From positions 1 through 37,667 of the forward strand of contig JAHLWZ010000962.1 of NCBI GenBank assembly GCA_020536535.1: a stretch of DNA of 37,667 nt, written 5' to 3'. Below the pieces are notes generated by a model. That model was given only the letters and a program-made list of their open reading frames with translations. It was not told the origin of the DNA and searched no databases. The translations under genes were made by a program, and so were the position numbers. The stretch comes from Pelomyxa schiedti (taxonomy: Eukaryota; Protista; Evosea). Shown one piece after another: positions 34,833-37,667 of this stretch; position 1 is the stretch's first letter; every line of letters starts with the position of its first letter.

Positions 34833-35141
34833 TCTTTTTCTTTTTTTTTTTTCTTTCGCTCCATTTTTCTGGAGGCACTAGTGTGTGTGAGGGAGTGACT
34901 GACTGTCGACTGTATGTGCCTAGCAACATGATTATGAAACCCACCCAAAAATGGGGGAACAAAGTGAATAACAGACAGCTCTCTGATCCAGGCCAGGCAC
35001 ACTACTTACTCATTTGTTAGTCACATCAATACTAGATTGTGTATTTGTGAAGCACAATTCTTTTAACAAACAGGTAACAACAGACAACCAACAAAACAAG
35101 CCTGGCACGTTCAATGGGAATACTACCCAATACAAAAATTT

Positions 35142-35212
35142 GGGCTCTGCCCGGAATCGAACCGGGGTCACTTGTACCCGAAACAAGTATTCTGCCACTA
35201 AACAACAGAGCC
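35142..35212 (-). tRNA. tRNA-Pro(CGG), array unit 1
   Basis: Acceptor GGCTCTG/CAGAGCC and anticodon arm CTTGT-TT CGG GT-ACAAG. Confidence 0.93.
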
Positions 35213-35313
35213 TTTCAAAAACAAAAATTGCCTTCTTCTTCCTGGCAAACCGTTTGTTCCGCATTCATTTTTTTCGGAAACATCTGGGTAGAAGAGGTCT
35301 TGTATTCACAGAA

Positions 35314-35385
35314 GCGCTGTTAACTCAGAGGAAGAGTATTGGACTTCGGATCCAAGGGTCGCAGGTTCGATCCCTGCACAGCGCG
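35314..35385 (+). tRNA. tRNA-Arg(TCG), array unit 1
   Basis: Acceptor GCGCTGT/ACAGCGC and anticodon arm TTGGA-CT TCG GA-TCCAA. Confidence 0.94.
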
Positions 35386-35740
35386 AATCCTTTCTTTTTT
35401 CTCCCTGGTGTGTGAAAGGTATGTATGTATGTTACTGTAGAAGAGAAGTCAACTTTTTGCAGAAGGGCAAACACAAGAAAAGAAGAAAGAGGTTTTTTTT
35501 AGATTTCCAAAAAATTTGATTTTGTTTTGGTTTTGCTTTTGCTTTTTTTTTTTTTTTTTTAAGGGTGTATTTCCTTCCAGTTATGTTGTTTCTTTTTTTT
35601 TTTTTTAAGGGTGTATTTCCAGCCATGTTGTTTCAAAAATCTGAAGCTCTTGGTGGAGGCAGATTGTCTAAGACACCACACGACCACACAAAACCTGATG
35701 AAAAAGCCAAGCAACAACTTTTGTTAACAATTAAAAGAGA

Positions 35741-35813
35741 TGGTTCCGCTGGGTGTCGATCCCAGGACCTCAAGTGTGTAAAACTTACGTGCTACCAGTT
35801 GCACTACGAAACC
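35741..35813 (-). tRNA. tRNA-Val(TAC), array unit 1
   Basis: Acceptor GGTTTCG/CGGAACC, anticodon arm TAAGT-TT TAC AC-ACTTG and T-loop ATCGACA. Confidence 0.9.
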
Positions 35814-35901
35814 TCAATGAAACAAATAAACAAGAGAGACTGCACATGATATGATCACCTTTTTAGTTCTCCCGCCAGTCAATAAAAACAAAAAAAAAGT
35901 A

Positions 35902-35983
35902 TGTGTTGGGTGGGGTTTGAACCCACGCCTCCGAAGAGACTAGAGCCTAAATCTAGCGCCTTGGACCACTCGGCCACCAACAC
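35902..35983 (-). tRNA. tRNA-Leu(TAG), array unit 1
   Basis: Acceptor GTGTTGG/CCAACAC, anticodon arm CTAGA-TT TAG GC-TCTAG and variable arm. Confidence 0.94.
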
Positions 35984-36006
35984 GCGCAACCCCAAACAGA
36001 CAGAAC

Positions 36007-36135
<129 letters not shown>

Positions 36136-36252
36136 CAACGAATTTTCACGTTTTTGACTTTGTTGAAACCCCTTTTTTTTTTTTCTTTCTTAGAATTTTT
36201 TGTACACACACTCCTCTGCAGAAAACCGAGGGATACCAAGTGTTGCCAGAGA

Positions 36253-36334
36253 GTGTTCTTGGCCGAGTGGTCTAAGGCGGTAGATTCAGGTTCTATTCAC
36301 TTCGGTGGCGTGGGTTCGAACCCCACAGAACACA
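36253..36334 (+). tRNA. tRNA-Leu(CAG), array unit 2
   Basis: Identical to unit 1. Confidence 0.95.
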
Positions 36335-36653
36335 TCTTTTTCTTTTTTTTTTCTTTCGCTCCATTTTTCTGCAGGCACTAGTGTGTGTGAGAGTGAGTGA
36401 CTGCCTGTGCCTTGCAACATGATTATGAAACCCACCCAAAAATGTGGGAACAAAGTGAATAACAGACAACTCTCTGATCCAGGCACTTGTTGCCACCACA
36501 CCTCACCCCACTACTTACTCAATTTGTTAGTCACATCAATACTAGATTGTGTATTTGTGAAGCACAATTCTTTTAACAAACAGGGAACAACAGACAACCA
36601 ACAAGCCGCCTGGCGCGTTCAATGGGGGAATACCCAACCCAATACAAAAATTT

Positions 36654-36724
36654 GGGCTCTGCCCGGAATCGAACCGGGGTCACTTGTACCCGAAACAAGT
36701 ATTCTGCCACTAAACAACAGAGCC
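36654..36724 (-). tRNA. tRNA-Pro(CGG), array unit 2
   Basis: Identical to unit 1. Confidence 0.93.
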
Positions 36725-36825
36725 TTTCAAAAACAAAAATTGCCTTCTTCTTCCTGGCAAACCGTTTGTTCCGCATTCATTTTTTTCGGAAACATCTGGG
36801 TAGAAGAGGTCTTGTATTCACAGAA

Positions 36826-36897
36826 GCGCTGTTAACTCAGAGGAAGAGTATTGGACTTCGGATCCAAGGGTCGCAGGTTCGATCCCTGCACAGCGCG
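36826..36897 (+). tRNA. tRNA-Arg(TCG), array unit 2
   Basis: Identical to unit 1. Confidence 0.94.
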
Positions 36898-37038
36898 AAT
36901 CCTTTCTTTTTTCTCCCTGGTGTGTGAAAGGGGTACGTATGTTACTGTAGAAGAGAAGCCAACTCTTTGCAGAAGGGCAAACACAAGAAGAGAAAGTTTT
37001 AGATTTCCAAAAAAATTTGATTTTTTGTTTTTGTTTTG

Positions 37039-37073
<35 letters not shown>

Positions 37074-37275
37074 GGTGTATGTATTTCCAGCTATGTTGTT
37101 TCAAAAATCTGAAGCTCTCTCTTATTCACCCTTTTGCATAGTAAGATTTATTTAAAGTAAGTTCTTCCCTTGGTCACACATAATAGTGGATGTGGACGTG
37201 GACTGTCTAAGACACCGCCAAACCTGATGAAAAAAAGCCAAGCAACAAACAACTTTTGTTAACAATTAAAAGAGA

Positions 37276-37348
37276 TGGTTCCGCTGGGTGTCGATCCCAG
37301 GACCTCAAGTGTGTAAAACTTACGTGCTACCAGTTGCACTACGAAACC
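37276..37348 (-). tRNA. tRNA-Val(TAC), array unit 2
   Basis: Identical to unit 1. Confidence 0.9.
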
Positions 37349-37436
37349 TCAATGAAACAAATAAACAAGAGAGACTGCACATGATATGATCACCTTTTTA
37401 GTTCTCCCGCCAGTCAATAAAAACAAAAAAAAAGTA

Positions 37437-37518
37437 TGTGTTGGGTGGGGTTTGAACCCACGCCTCCGAAGAGACTAGAGCCTAAATCTAGCGCCTTGGA
37501 CCACTCGGCCACCAACAC
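37437..37518 (-). tRNA. tRNA-Leu(TAG), array unit 2
   Basis: Identical to unit 1. Confidence 0.94.
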
Positions 37519-37541
37519 GCGCAACCCCAAACAGACAGAAC

Positions 37542-37667
<126 letters not shown>

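Overview
This window is compact, intron-rich eukaryotic DNA. Introns are short (mostly about 40-120 nt, GT-AG), genes start GC-rich, and spacers are tiny. The gene content (ROCO, MORN-kinase, TRAF-type zinc finger) suggests an amoebozoan protist, possibly a Pelomyxa-like archamoeba; this is inference only. Bases 1-27.7 kb hold nine intronless paralogs and one divergent member of an uncharacterised family of about 370-450 aa. They share the N-terminal motif FRDQ-x-AFMMSSHARCG-x-SxASALTSHNAPL and have a variable beta-rich body. Interleaved with them are a MORN-repeat kinase, a Rab-like GTPase with an F-box-like N-terminus, a ROCO pseudokinase, a RING/TRAF zinc-finger protein, a 2-Cys peroxiredoxin and ARF1. 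The right part holds a cystinosin-like PQ-loop transporter, a PX-C2-C2-LCAT-PH protein and a tandem array of a ~1.5 kb five-tRNA unit with a (CA)n microsatellite. The window has 13 tRNA genes in all. The most striking unexplained structures are a 110-bp palindrome that gives the same start (MINIS) to two divergent unrelated genes, a 3'-end direct repeat bracketing the ROCO gene, and a candidate structured RNA between ARF1 and the peroxiredoxin. Exon boundaries were read by eye and are approximate.
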